Source: Dehalococcoidia bacterium (GTDB lineage: Bacteria; Chloroflexota; Dehalococcoidia; Lucifugimonadales; UBA3495). Taken from it: DNA of 17,974 bases. Shown in pieces: positions 7,563-16,297 of this stretch (position 1 is its first letter; each line of letters opens with the position of its first letter). The position numbers and the translations under genes were made by a program. Under the pieces are notes generated by a model. It ran no database searches and had not been told where the DNA came from. It saw only the letters and a program-made list of their open reading frames with translations. The stretch lies in NCBI GenBank assembly GCA_030740155.1, contig JASLXV010000064.1:1-17974 (forward strand). Direction: 5' to 3'.

Positions 7563-8588
7563 GTGCCATTCGGAGGCAATGACTGGCTTGCTCAGACCCA
7601 GGAACCGAAGTTGGAGCCGGAGATACCCATCTGCGATCCGTATCACCACTTCTGGGGCTTCCGGACCGCGCGGATTCCCTATCATCGGTATCTTCTTCAC
7701 GAGCTGGCCGATGACATCAACGCCGGTCACAACGTCCGTTCCACCGTGTACGTCGAGGCAAGGTCCATGTACCGTCGTGACGGACCGGAGGAGATGCGCC
7801 CCGTCGGTGAGGTCGAATTCGTCCAGGGTTTGGCCGCCGCCAGCGCGAGCGGTCTCTACGGCCCGGGCAGGGCAGCGGCAGCCATAGTCGGTCACGCCAA
7901 CCTGAACCTGGGCGATAAAGTTGAGCCGGTCCTGGAAGCGTTGCAGGCAGCCAGCCCAAACCGGTTCCGAGGGGTCCGCCACTCCGCTACCTGGGACCCC
8001 CACGCGGAGGTGGAGAACACCTCCGCGTACCAGATACAGGGCCAGATGGCCGGTGATAATTACCGGGCCGGCGCGCGGGTGCTGGCGCGAAAGGGCCTTT
8101 CCCTGGACATTTGGCTGTACTCGCCACAGCTGCCCGAGTTGGCGGATCTCGCCAAGGCCGTCCCCGGCGTGACGATCGTCTTGAACCATATCGGAGGCCT
8201 GCTGCGGGTCGGCCCCTATGCCAACCGGGACGATGAGGTGCTCGCCAATTGGCGAAGCGGCATCGCGGCCGTGGCGGAATGCCCCAACGTCAACGTCAAG
8301 CTGGGTGGCATCGGCATGCCCATCATCGGCTTCGACTGGCATGCCCGGACCGTGCCCATCGGGTCGGAGGAGCTGGCGGAATCCCTGGCGCCCCTGGTAA
8401 ATTACTGCATCGAGAAGTTCGGACCCAGCCGGTGCATGTTCGAAAGCAACTTCCCCGTCGATAAGGTGGCGTACTCCCGCCACGTGCTGTACAACGCCTT
8501 CAAACGGCTGTCCAAGGGCTACTCGGCAACCGAGCGCGCCGGTTTGTTCCACGACAACGCCACTCGCGTATACCGCGTGAACGTATAA
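7563..8588 (+). CDS. Amidohydrolase_2 family protein (COG3618, lactonase-like)
   Basis: GTG 7563 after SD AAGGAGG. Motifs PICDPYHHFW, STVYVE, FRGVRH, VLNHIGG, VNVKLGG and CMFESNFPVDK; 341 aa. Confidence 0.9.
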   Translation: MPFGGNDWLAQTQEPKLEPEIPICDPYHHFWGFRTARIPYHRYLLHELADDINAGHNVRSTVYVEARSMYRRDGPEEMRPVGEVEFVQGLAAASASGLYGPGRAAAAIVGHANLNLGDKVEPVLEALQAASPNRFRGVRHSATWDPHAEVENTSAYQIQGQMAGDNYRAGARVLARKGLSLDIWLYSPQLPELADLAKAVPGVTIVLNHIGGLLRVGPYANRDDEVLANWRSGIAAVAECPNVNVKLGGIGMPIIGFDWHARTVPIGSEELAESLAPLVNYCIEKFGPSRCMFESNFPVDKVAYSRHVLYNAFKRLSKGYSATERAGLFHDNATRVYRVNV

Positions 8589-8676
8589 CCTCCCTACGGG
8601 ACCCGGCGGGATACGCTGGCACGCAGCCCGTGGATCCCTTGGTGAGGCGTTGGGGACGCGGGCGGTGGCTTCGGGG

Positions 8677-9654
8677 CTAATCCCGGAAACCGTACTCCTC
8701 TCTCCACTGCAAGTAGGCGGTGAGACCCGCCGCCAGGTCATGCTCCGCGGTGAAGCCAATGTCGTCACGCAAACGGGAAACGTCCATCCGGGACCTGGAG
8801 CCGCCGAGTGAGACGTCGTTGTCGTCGCCGGGGGAAGCCTCCACCACCCGGATGCCGGGCCGCAGCTCCTGAAGGGCGTCGATGATGTCCCCCAAGGTTA
8901 GCCAGCGTCCGGTGGACACGTTGTAGGCAAAGTGGGAGGGGCTGGGTGCGTCCAACACGCTACAGATCCCGCCGGCTGTATCGGCCACGTAGGTGTAGTC
9001 GCGGCCCAGGCCGCGGTCGCTGACGGCGATGGTCTCGCCGCGGATGATCCTTCCGGTGAGGTCTTTCACGACGGACTGGTTGGCCCGATGGCCGGTAACC
9101 CGCTCCATGGGACCGTAGGGGGAACTCAGGCGGGTAGCCAAGGTCTGGAAGCCGTGCATCTCGCCGAACCGGCGGGTCAACAGCTCGCTGGCGTACTTGG
9201 TCGACTCGTAAAGGGTGTGAGGGTGAAGGTGGGCGTCCTCCCGGAGCACCTCTTCCGGTCCGGGCCGGGTGCCGTAGACCGCGCCGGAGCTGACGTAGAG
9301 GAAGCGTTGGGGTTTTATCCGCCGCGCCAGCTCCAGCAGATTGGTGGTGCCCATGACGTTGACCTCCACGATGGAACGGCTGCGGCTGGCCTCCACTTCG
9401 GGGAGGACCCCGGTAAACACGGCGGCGTGGACAATCTTATCTATGTCATGGTCCTCGGCCTGTTCCAAGTCGCCGGGGGCCAGGATGTCCCCCTGGAGAA
9501 AGGTGACCTGGTCGGCCCAGGGTTGGATATAGCGGGTGAGCAACTCATTGGGCGGCACCAGATCGAAGCAAACGACCCGGTGTCCCCGTTGGGCCAGGGT
9601 TCTCACTATGTTGCCACCGACGAATCCCGTGCCGCCTGTAACCAACGTGGCCAT
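8677..9654 (-). CDS. NAD-dependent epimerase/dehydratase (extended SDR)
   Basis: LVTGGTGFVG (GxxGxxG), HAAV, VNVMGTTNLLE, YVSSGAVYG, YESTK (YxxxK), RDYTYVAD; 325 aa. Confidence 0.93.
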   Translation of the reverse strand: MATLVTGGTGFVGGNIVRTLAQRGHRVVCFDLVPPNELLTRYIQPWADQVTFLQGDILAPGDLEQAEDHDIDKIVHAAVFTGVLPEVEASRSRSIVEVNVMGTTNLLELARRIKPQRFLYVSSGAVYGTRPGPEEVLREDAHLHPHTLYESTKYASELLTRRFGEMHGFQTLATRLSSPYGPMERVTGHRANQSVVKDLTGRIIRGETIAVSDRGLGRDYTYVADTAGGICSVLDAPSPSHFAYNVSTGRWLTLGDIIDALQELRPGIRVVEASPGDDNDVSLGGSRSRMDVSRLRDDIGFTAEHDLAAGLTAYLQWREEYGFRD

Positions 9655-9746
9655 GGCATTACCTTCCTCTCGGAGTGGGTGCCTCTAAGATACCTCAGTG
9701 CGGCTGGATTGGAAACAGCCGCAGCCCGCAAGAAAGGAGAAGCATC

Positions 9747-10139
9747 ATGGAATACTCAATCAATCATGTGCACATCAGGTCGTCAGACTCCCGGGCTTCG
9801 GCATCGTGGTATGAGAAGTACTTCAACGCCAGGATAGTGTCGGAAAGGGAGATCATGCCGGGTACCGTGACCGTGAGCATGGAGGTCGGAGGCCCGGTGC
9901 GCCTCAACATTTCCTCTCAGCCGGCCGGGGCGTCAAAAGAAAGGAGCGCCGCCGAACTGAACCGGCTGGGACTGGAGCACTTCGGATTCGGCGTCTCGGA
10001 CCTGGAGGCGGAACTGGACCGTCTGAAGAAAGCTGGAGTTCGCGTGGTGCTGCCGCTCACAAAGGTGCCGACCGGGGCCCTCCTGGCCTATATTGAAGGG
10101 CCGGATGACGTGCTCATAGAGCTGGTTCAACCCGCCTGA
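9747..10139 (+). CDS. VOC/glyoxalase family protein
   Basis: ATG 9747 after SD AAAGGAG. INHVHIRS...WYEKYF, GLEHFGFGVSDLE, YIEGPDDVLIELVQ; 130 aa. Confidence 0.92.
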   Translation: MEYSINHVHIRSSDSRASASWYEKYFNARIVSEREIMPGTVTVSMEVGGPVRLNISSQPAGASKERSAAELNRLGLEHFGFGVSDLEAELDRLKKAGVRVVLPLTKVPTGALLAYIEGPDDVLIELVQPA

Positions 10140-10226
10140 TACCCCTCGGCGCCACTGTCGCCTACAGGATCAGGTGCGGGTTGTCGCCTGAAAGAAGCTG
10201 TTCCAGCGCCGGTACGGACTTGGTTG

Positions 10227-10375
10227 CTGTCTTGTAAATAGCTTCACCTCGGCGAAATTAGTCGGCGCCCCCCTACAATCGTCTTTCCGGCGAAGGCCGG
10301 AATCCAGAAAGGCGTAGGCTGGTTCCCGGCCTTCGCCGGGAAGACGGGCCGGGTATCGGGGTGTTTACGGGACAG
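10227..10375. repeat. ~150-bp MITE/REP-like element, copy 1
   Basis: Imperfect terminal inverted repeats CTGTCTTGTAAATA ... TGTTTACGGGACAG. Internal palindrome CGTCTTTCCGGCGAAGGCCGGAATCCAG...CTGGTTCCCGGCCTTCGCCGGGAAGACG. Confidence 0.75.
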
Positions 10376-10409
10376 TAGCCTCGTTGGATCGATTCGACTG
10401 GGTCGCTTC

Positions 10410-11894
10410 CTACTCGACGCGGGCCAGCTCCCGCTCGAGCAGTTGCCGGGCCCGGTCCTGGTCGGTCTGCCAGCCTCGTACCCTGCTTCGCTGGTGTTCC
10501 AGACCCTCTCTAGCCCGGCTGATGAGGCTCCTGGTCTCGGCTTGGCTGGGGCTCCCGGCGGCTCCCTTCCCCTGGATGTTGAGCAGAGGATCGATGGCAT
10601 GCCTGATCTGATCCCCGGTCAGGCTGAGAGGTTCTCCCGTTATTTCCTGGGCAACCTGGTCAATCAACCCGCTGTCAACGGAATTCCAGGCTAGCCCCTG
10701 GTCCAACACCCGGGTAACCAGGTTGCCCACGATGCCGTGGGCCAACCGGAAAGGCAACCCTTTTTCGCGCACCAGGAAATCGGCAAGCTCGGTAGCGGTG
10801 CAGAAGTCTCCTGCCGCCCGCTCGAGCATGAGTTCCTTGTTCACTTTAAGGCCCAGCACCATCCTTCTGGCCAGTTTCAGCATGGCTTCTCCCTGACCAA
10901 GGGCGTCCCACAGAGGGGCGACAGCTTCGGTGCTCATATCCCGGCAGTGCATGAAATTGACGTTCTTCTGGACTGCCAGGCTGGACACCAGGGCTCCAAC
11001 CAGGTGCCCGGCTTTGGACTTGATGTGCTCCAGGATGATGGGGTTCTTCTTCTGGGGCATGATGCTGCTGGTCGAGGCCACGTCGTCGCCCACCTCGACG
11101 GTAGCCCACTCGTCGGAGCACCAGAGGTAGAGGTCCTGGGCCAGACGGCTCAAGGTGACACCCATGACCGCGATGGCCGCCAGAAGCTCCGAAACGTAGT
11201 CGCGGGAGGCCACGGCGTCCAGGGTGCTTTCAACTATGCCATCGAAGGCCAACAGGCGGGCTGTCATGTGGCGGTCTATGGCGAAACCCGTTCCGGCAAA
11301 AGCACAAGCGCCCAGAGGGCACAGGTTCAGGCGGGGATAAACCTCCAGCAGGCGCTCTCCGTCCCGCTCCAACGCCAGGGACACGCTGACCAGGTAATGG
11401 CCGAAGGTGGTGGGTTGAGCCGGTTGAAGGTGAGTGTAGCCGGGGGCCACGGTATCGACGTGTTCTCCGGCCAGTTGTAGCAGGGCCTCCCGGAGTTCGA
11501 ACAGGTCTTCCGAGAAGGTGAACAGGGCCTCCCGGGCCGCGATACGAGCAATCGTGGCGTAGATGTCGTTGCGGCTGCGGCCCGTGTGGATTCTGCCCCC
11601 GACATCCACTCCCACCTTCTGAATGAGAGAATGTTCGAAGTTCAGGTACAGGTCTTCCAGGTTGGGATCAAGAGAAGACGCCTCTATCCCCCGCTCCTCC
11701 AACTCGGCCAGTGCCCGAAGCAACGACTTGCCCGCTTCCTGGGTAATAATTCCCTGATCCATCAGCATCAGGGTGTGGACGTGGTTGATCCACATCAACA
11801 GCCGGTAGTCACGCTGGAGGAAGCCCAGGGACCTGGACTTGAACAGGTATTCCACCACCTCTTCGGCCGGCGGGACTTTGATTCTCTCACGCAT
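10410..11894 (-). CDS. argH: Argininosuccinate lyase-like protein (aspartase/fumarase superfamily)
   Basis: ATG 11894 after SD GAAGGAG. HTGRSRND, PGYTHLQPAQPTTFGH, SSIMPQKKNP signature and ATELADFLVREKGLPFRLAHGIVG; 494 aa. It lacks the usual LWGGRF N-terminus, so the substrate is not certain. Confidence 0.8.
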   Translation of the reverse strand: MRERIKVPPAEEVVEYLFKSRSLGFLQRDYRLLMWINHVHTLMLMDQGIITQEAGKSLLRALAELEERGIEASSLDPNLEDLYLNFEHSLIQKVGVDVGGRIHTGRSRNDIYATIARIAAREALFTFSEDLFELREALLQLAGEHVDTVAPGYTHLQPAQPTTFGHYLVSVSLALERDGERLLEVYPRLNLCPLGACAFAGTGFAIDRHMTARLLAFDGIVESTLDAVASRDYVSELLAAIAVMGVTLSRLAQDLYLWCSDEWATVEVGDDVASTSSIMPQKKNPIILEHIKSKAGHLVGALVSSLAVQKNVNFMHCRDMSTEAVAPLWDALGQGEAMLKLARRMVLGLKVNKELMLERAAGDFCTATELADFLVREKGLPFRLAHGIVGNLVTRVLDQGLAWNSVDSGLIDQVAQEITGEPLSLTGDQIRHAIDPLLNIQGKGAAGSPSQAETRSLISRAREGLEHQRSRVRGWQTDQDRARQLLERELARVE

Positions 11895-12023
11895 GATGTG
11901 CCTCTCCTTCGTTACCGGGTTTCGGGCCGGGTTTTCGGGCTGCCGGCCTGCCCTGGTCCAGGGGGCGAACCACTCGCCGGTCGGTGGCCGTGCCCCTTCC
12001 TCTCGGCCGGAGAGGCTAGTGTA

Positions 12024-12173
12024 CAGTCTCGTAAATAGCTTTACTCCAGCGGAATCCTGCGGCATACCCACCACTAGCGTCTTTCCGGCGAAGGCCGGAA
12101 TCCAGCGAAGCGTTGGCTGGTTCCCGGCCTTCGCCGGAAAGACGGGCAGGGCATCAAACCATTCATGAGACAG
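12024..12173. repeat. ~150-bp MITE/REP-like element, copy 2
   Basis: CAGTCTCGTAAATAGCTT ... CGTCTTTCCGGCGAAGGCCGGAATCCAG...CTGGTTCCCGGCCTTCGCCGGAAAGACGGGC ... CATTCATGAGACAG. Same orientation as copy 1 and nearly the same length (150 vs 149 bp). Confidence 0.75.
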
Positions 12174-12177
12174 ATGG

Positions 12178-12690
12178 CTAGCTGGAAATCAAGACCTCGT
12201 CGCCCTCCCAGGAGAAGCGAACGTCAAGATTTTCGCCTTCCGAGATCTCCTTCAAGTAGTCGAAGATCTCCTGGGCCCGCGGGTCCTGCTTCTGGAGCAC
12301 CTCCGGCTCTCGGTTGGAGTTGATCAAGACCGGGATGTAGGTCACCTTCTGTATCCTCTTATCCTGGATGTAGGCTTTGACAATCATGGTCTTGTTGGAA
12401 TCGGCGTGTTTGGCGGCGTGGGACATCACGTCGAACCCAGCGCCTTCCTCGGTGAGCGCTGTAATATTGTTGGCGCGCAGCTTGGCCGGCCGCGAGGGCA
12501 CGAACTGGGGAGCGCCCCGGTCCGACAGAGGCGCTTCCATCTGACCGAAGACTATGTCCGCCTTTCGGAACACATCCCCACAGAAGCGGAAGATGGAGGG
12601 AGGATCTTCGCGGTTTGGGCTTATGTCCCCCACTCCCACCAGGGTAATCGGCTCGCTGGCGCCGGTACTTGACTTCCGTTGCTCGGGCAT
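12178..12690 (-). pseudogene. CapA (PGA_cap metallophosphatase-like) family gene with a large in-frame internal deletion
   Basis: The N-terminal ITLVGVGDI...ADIVFGQMEAPLSDRG...GFDVMSHAAKH joins directly to C-terminal-like DSNKTMIVKAYI...VTYIPVLIN...EPE. Only 170 aa, and the central catalytic motifs are absent. Confidence 0.7.
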
Positions 12691-12763
12691 AGCTACACCT
12701 CTCGTTCCATACTCGCCGGCATTCCCGTATCAGACCGTGGGCGCCCGAAGGTGCCGCCGCGGG

Positions 12764-14422
12764 TCAGCCGCCGGTCTCTATCTCCCTGGTCACGGGAGTC
12801 CCGAAGCCCTCCAGCACCACGCTTCGGCCCGCTTCGCCGCCGACCACGAAGATATTGACGCGCTCCGCGGAGTCCACCACCTGGAGCAGGTGGTCATCGG
12901 GCAGGTCCAGTATCCATCGCCACTGCGGTGCGGGCTGGTTGTCATCGACGAAGTGGTTCTTCGCGAACTTCGCCCTGAATTTGGCGTGATTGAGGATGTA
13001 CTCCTTAGCCCCCTGCTTGGTCACGCCGTCCCTGACGATGGACTTGGCATGGTCCGGAGCGAGCAGGATGTTGAGGTTGATCGAGTGGTCGATGACCTCG
13101 TCATTGGTTGCTATCATGCTGTAGCCGCCGTGGGGCATCGTGGACGAATAGCCGGCAATGGAGGTCAGCACCCGCTCGGCGGTCCAGTTCTGCAGGTCCT
13201 CGCAGTCAACCTGGTGGGACCTGCCGCACACCGTGATGGTGCTGGTCGCGCGGGCATGGCCCCGGTCGACGTGATAGGGTGCCCACGGGCTGCGAAGCTC
13301 GTTCTCGGCGGTCAGGAAAGGCAGCCCTCGAAAAGCCCCGATGGTCGCCATATCCAGATGGCCGGGGTAGTCGTGGCCTATGTTCAGCATTATCAGCCGC
13401 AGGGCGCGGGCCAGCATTACGTTGACGCGGGACGGCTTGCCAACGTCCAGCGCGTTCTGCGCGCCGTTGATGCCCAGCCGCCCGGCGATCGGCCCGTTCA
13501 CCACGAACAGCAAACCCTGGCCGCCCGTCGATTGCGTCAGGTTGCGCAGCGGGAACGGCTTTGTCGCCATGGCCTCTACCGCGGCGATCAGGAGGGGAAG
13601 GTGTTCGGCGGAGCAGCCGGCCATGGCCGCGTTTATGGCCATCTTCTCGACCGTAGCCACGCCCATGCCCGGCTCGACTATCGCCACCACATCTCCCGGC
13701 GCCCTCCGGGTTCCCTTCAGGATGGCCGCCACGGCTTCGGGCGTCGGAGGCAGCAGGGGATAACCGTCGCCCCAGCCGGAGTCGAGGTATTCCCGGTTCA
13801 TGTCCTGGACCGCGTCGTAACGGTCCGACCCATTGAAGGTCAGTACCTCCGTCTCGGCTGGATGCGCGACGCCCTTCGAGCCGTTGCACTGAAGGGATTT
13901 GGTGAGGAGCTGGACTATCTCGTCCACGTTGTCGTCGGTGTAGCTCCTGATGCTCTCCGGGGTAATGCCGGTCAAGACCTCGGGGAACACAACGTAGCGA
14001 AGTTGCTCGACTCCAAAGGCCCCGGCGCTGGCCCGCCAGTCGCCCTCGAACCGTTTGGCCACGAAGCCCACGGTGGGTTTTCCGGCTCGTTCCAGTTCCG
14101 CCATGTCGCGGGCAAGCCACGACGTGCAGGAGCCTCAATCCGCCGTCGCGCCAATGACGACGTCGCACTCCTGCTTGGCCTGCTCCATGATCACCTTGGG
14201 AGCGGGCATCATGCCCGGATAGAAGATGACCTCGCAATCCTGGAACCGCTCTTGCAGGGCCTCACCGACGCGCCGGAGGGCCACCTCACCCCCTCGCTTG
14301 GCATTCCACAGCAAACCGACGCGCTTCCCCTCCAGGGTCAGGGGGACTTGCGCAAGCTCCGCCCGATCTATCTCACCCTCACTAATCGCCACCGGATGTA
14401 AAACCTCTAGGTCGAAAGCCAT
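12764..14422 (-). CDS. UGSC-family (thioredoxin-like) selenoprotein fused to a large uncharacterised C-terminal domain; Sec at codon 96, 552 aa
   Basis: SD AAGGAGG and ATG 14422. ...LEGKRVGLLWNAK...CDVVIGATAD-TGA(14137-14135)-GSCTSWLARDMAELERAGKPTV... continues in frame into GWGDGYPLLPPTPEAV...ATVEKMAINAAMAGC...VVNGPIA. The UxxC motif is UGSC. Confidence 0.9.
14105..14123 (-). promoter_or_regulatory. Candidate SECIS hairpin after the UGSC UGA
   Basis: The stem starts 11 nt after the UGA: GUCGUGG [CUUGC] CCGCGAC, 7 bp including one U-G pair. Confidence 0.6.
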
Positions 14423-14465
14423 TCCAAGTTCCTCCTTGAATCCTGGTGCAGATGCCTGACCTGTC

Positions 14466-15416
14466 TCAAGTCTTTGTACCACTTGTTGCGTAACCCCACA
14501 AGGGTGAGGTAGGACGACCGGCCGGGTGGCTTGAGGGGCAGGCGGCCGACGGGGTCGAGAATGACTGTAACGGACAGGTCGACGAAGATTTCGGCGTGGC
14601 GGCAGCGGAAGAGCCGAGAACCGCCTTGGACGCCCTCAGGCCGTGGGGGATTGGCGGTGACCACGGACCACCTCCGGCCGAAGCGCTCTTCCCGGTGTGA
14701 TCGAGGACAATGGACGTGGCGAAGGGCCTCCTTCCGGAACAAAAAGGTCCTTTCTTCTGCTCCATATCGATTTTCCAGATACGCTTCTGAGTCCGGAACA
14801 CCACGAAGATCAAGGCCACGGTAAGGCCGGCCGCGATAAACGGCATCGTCACCTCGACCCAGCCGGTACCGAAGAGGATGATCGCGGTGTTCACCAGGAC
14901 AAAGAATAGGCGCGCCTCCGTGGGGCCGATCTTGAGGACCGATATTCGAAACTCATTGGTCGCCGCAAAGGACAAGAACATGGTTGCCATGAACGCCCCA
15001 CCCAGCGCCATGAAGGCCATGAACCAGTACCATGGGATGCCGGTAAATACCAGCGCGTAGCCGGCGATGATTGACGCGAGGAAGACGTAATCCAGTAGAT
15101 GGTCCATGTAGTATCCCCACTTCACCAGCCCGGTGTCTCGATACCGGCCCACCGCCCCGTCCAATACGTCGCTGATATATTGGAGGAAGATGAAGAGTGA
15201 AACCGCCCAGAGCCAGTTGATGTTCTCCCTTGCGAGGAAGCTGCAAGCCACAATGCCGATACTCCACAGCAAGGTAAACAGAGTCAGATGATAGGTTTCC
15301 AAGCAGGAAGGCACGCGCGGCGCCATCCAGTTCACCATCCGCTTTTCCGCCTTGGCGAGGAACCAGTCACCCTTCTTCTTGTCGCCGGCAAATCGATCGT
15401 TCCTCATGGTGTTCAC
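14466..15416 (-). CDS. CDP-alcohol phosphatidyltransferase family membrane protein (with an apparent run-on C-terminal tail)
   Basis: Signature DVLDGAVGRYRDTGLVKWGYYMDHLLD (DxxDGxxxR...GxxxDxxxD) and several hydrophobic helices. The ~95 aa after KIDMEQKK look like non-coding run-on. Confidence 0.85.
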   Translation of the reverse strand: MNTMRNDRFAGDKKKGDWFLAKAEKRMVNWMAPRVPSCLETYHLTLFTLLWSIGIVACSFLARENINWLWAVSLFIFLQYISDVLDGAVGRYRDTGLVKWGYYMDHLLDYVFLASIIAGYALVFTGIPWYWFMAFMALGGAFMATMFLSFAATNEFRISVLKIGPTEARLFFVLVNTAIILFGTGWVEVTMPFIAAGLTVALIFVVFRTQKRIWKIDMEQKKGPFCSGRRPFATSIVLDHTGKSASAGGGPWSPPIPHGLRASKAVLGSSAAATPKSSSTCPLQSFSTPSAACPSSHPAGRPTSPLWGYATSGTKT

Positions 15417-15475
15417 AATCCTCTCCTGTGATCAAGATTTGGACGCTTGATGCCGGCCGTAGCCGGATGCGGCAC

Positions 15476-16108
15476 TTAGGCCCCGGTATAGACAACGCTC
15501 GCATCGTGAAGCTCCGGCAGGGGGATAGGAGACAACAATCGCCCCAGACCCATGAGGCCATAAAGCCCGAAGGGAGGCATCCAGGCTACCTGGTCCAGAG
15601 CCAGGCGCATCAACAGCTTGTTCCACAAAGGGCGAGCCGCTAAATAGGCGAAGCGCCCCAAACCAGGGAGAAGAGACAGGGCCAAGACCAGCGGGGTATG
15701 GATGTTGGGGAGCCAGGCGGCAGGACCGGCGGCCCGGTGGCGAATGCTTTTCACCTGGTCCACTACCATAAAGGCCAGTGTCCAGGAGAGGCGCGCCAGG
15801 TTCTGCAATCCTGGAATGGGTATCGGCGCACTCAGGAGAAGGTGTATCCCCAGGTGGTGCAAGGCATCCTGAGCCTGACCCGATGACAGGTGAGCCCGCA
15901 GCATGGCTGCCTGCGAAGACCCAAGTTTGCCCTCTGTCTCCCAACGCTCAATACCACTCGTAAAGAAGGCCTCGGCGGTGCGGTCCGCGGCAGCCAGTTT
16001 GCGCGTCACCGACCGGCGGCAGGCTTTCCAGGAGGGAACGGCGCCCTCGCGCACGTGGGCCAGATCATCTGCGATCAATACTCTGGTCAAAACTCCGGTC
16101 TTTCCCAT
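15476..16108 (-). CDS. Hypothetical membrane-associated protein with a receiver-domain-like N-terminal stub (possible chimeric remnant)
   Basis: Begins RVLIADDLAHVREG (REC beta1-alpha1) after a GGAG SD, then switches to unrelated hydrophobic sequence. Confidence 0.45.
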   Translation of the reverse strand: MGKTGVLTRVLIADDLAHVREGAVPSWKACRRSVTRKLAAADRTAEAFFTSGIERWETEGKLGSSQAAMLRAHLSSGQAQDALHHLGIHLLLSAPIPIPGLQNLARLSWTLAFMVVDQVKSIRHRAAGPAAWLPNIHTPLVLALSLLPGLGRFAYLAARPLWNKLLMRLALDQVAWMPPFGLYGLMGLGRLLSPIPLPELHDASVVYTGA

Positions 16109-16196
16109 CTCGGCTCTCCACGCTCGAACCTATGCTCTTATTTTGCTTCTGGCCCCCGTTTTTGGGCACAGCCCATCGGGGTATTCATGCCCACGC

Positions 16197-16222
16197 AAAA
16201 AGGCCGATCGTTAGATCGGCCT
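16197..16222 (-). terminator. Candidate intrinsic terminator downstream of the response regulator
   Basis: Minus strand reads AGGCCGATC-TAAC-GATCGGCC-TTTTT: a perfect stem followed by a U-tract. It could alternatively be an operator palindrome. Confidence 0.5.
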
Positions 16223-16297
16223 CAGTAAGCAGGGAGATACTTCTCTGGTCTTAGGACTTCAGATCTAGGTCGCTGGGATCAGGACAAGAGCGCCGGC

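Noticed and set aside
10270..12150. CRISPR array from the repeated palindromes
   Set aside because: There are only two copies, 1.8 kb apart, with no repeat-spacer periodicity and no cas genes.
12554..14401. 615-aa plus-strand ORF, and other long antisense ORFs such as 1898-3040, 7506-8768 and 8932-9837
   Set aside because: These are shadow ORFs opposite well-supported genes in GC-rich DNA, with no family motifs.
1943..14422. Alternative genetic code (UGA = Trp/Gly) as the explanation for the in-frame TGAs
   Set aside because: TGA serves as a normal stop for complete genes (7243-7245, 10137-10139, 12764-12766), Trp is encoded by TGG, and two of the three in-frame TGAs fall at Cys-motif positions.
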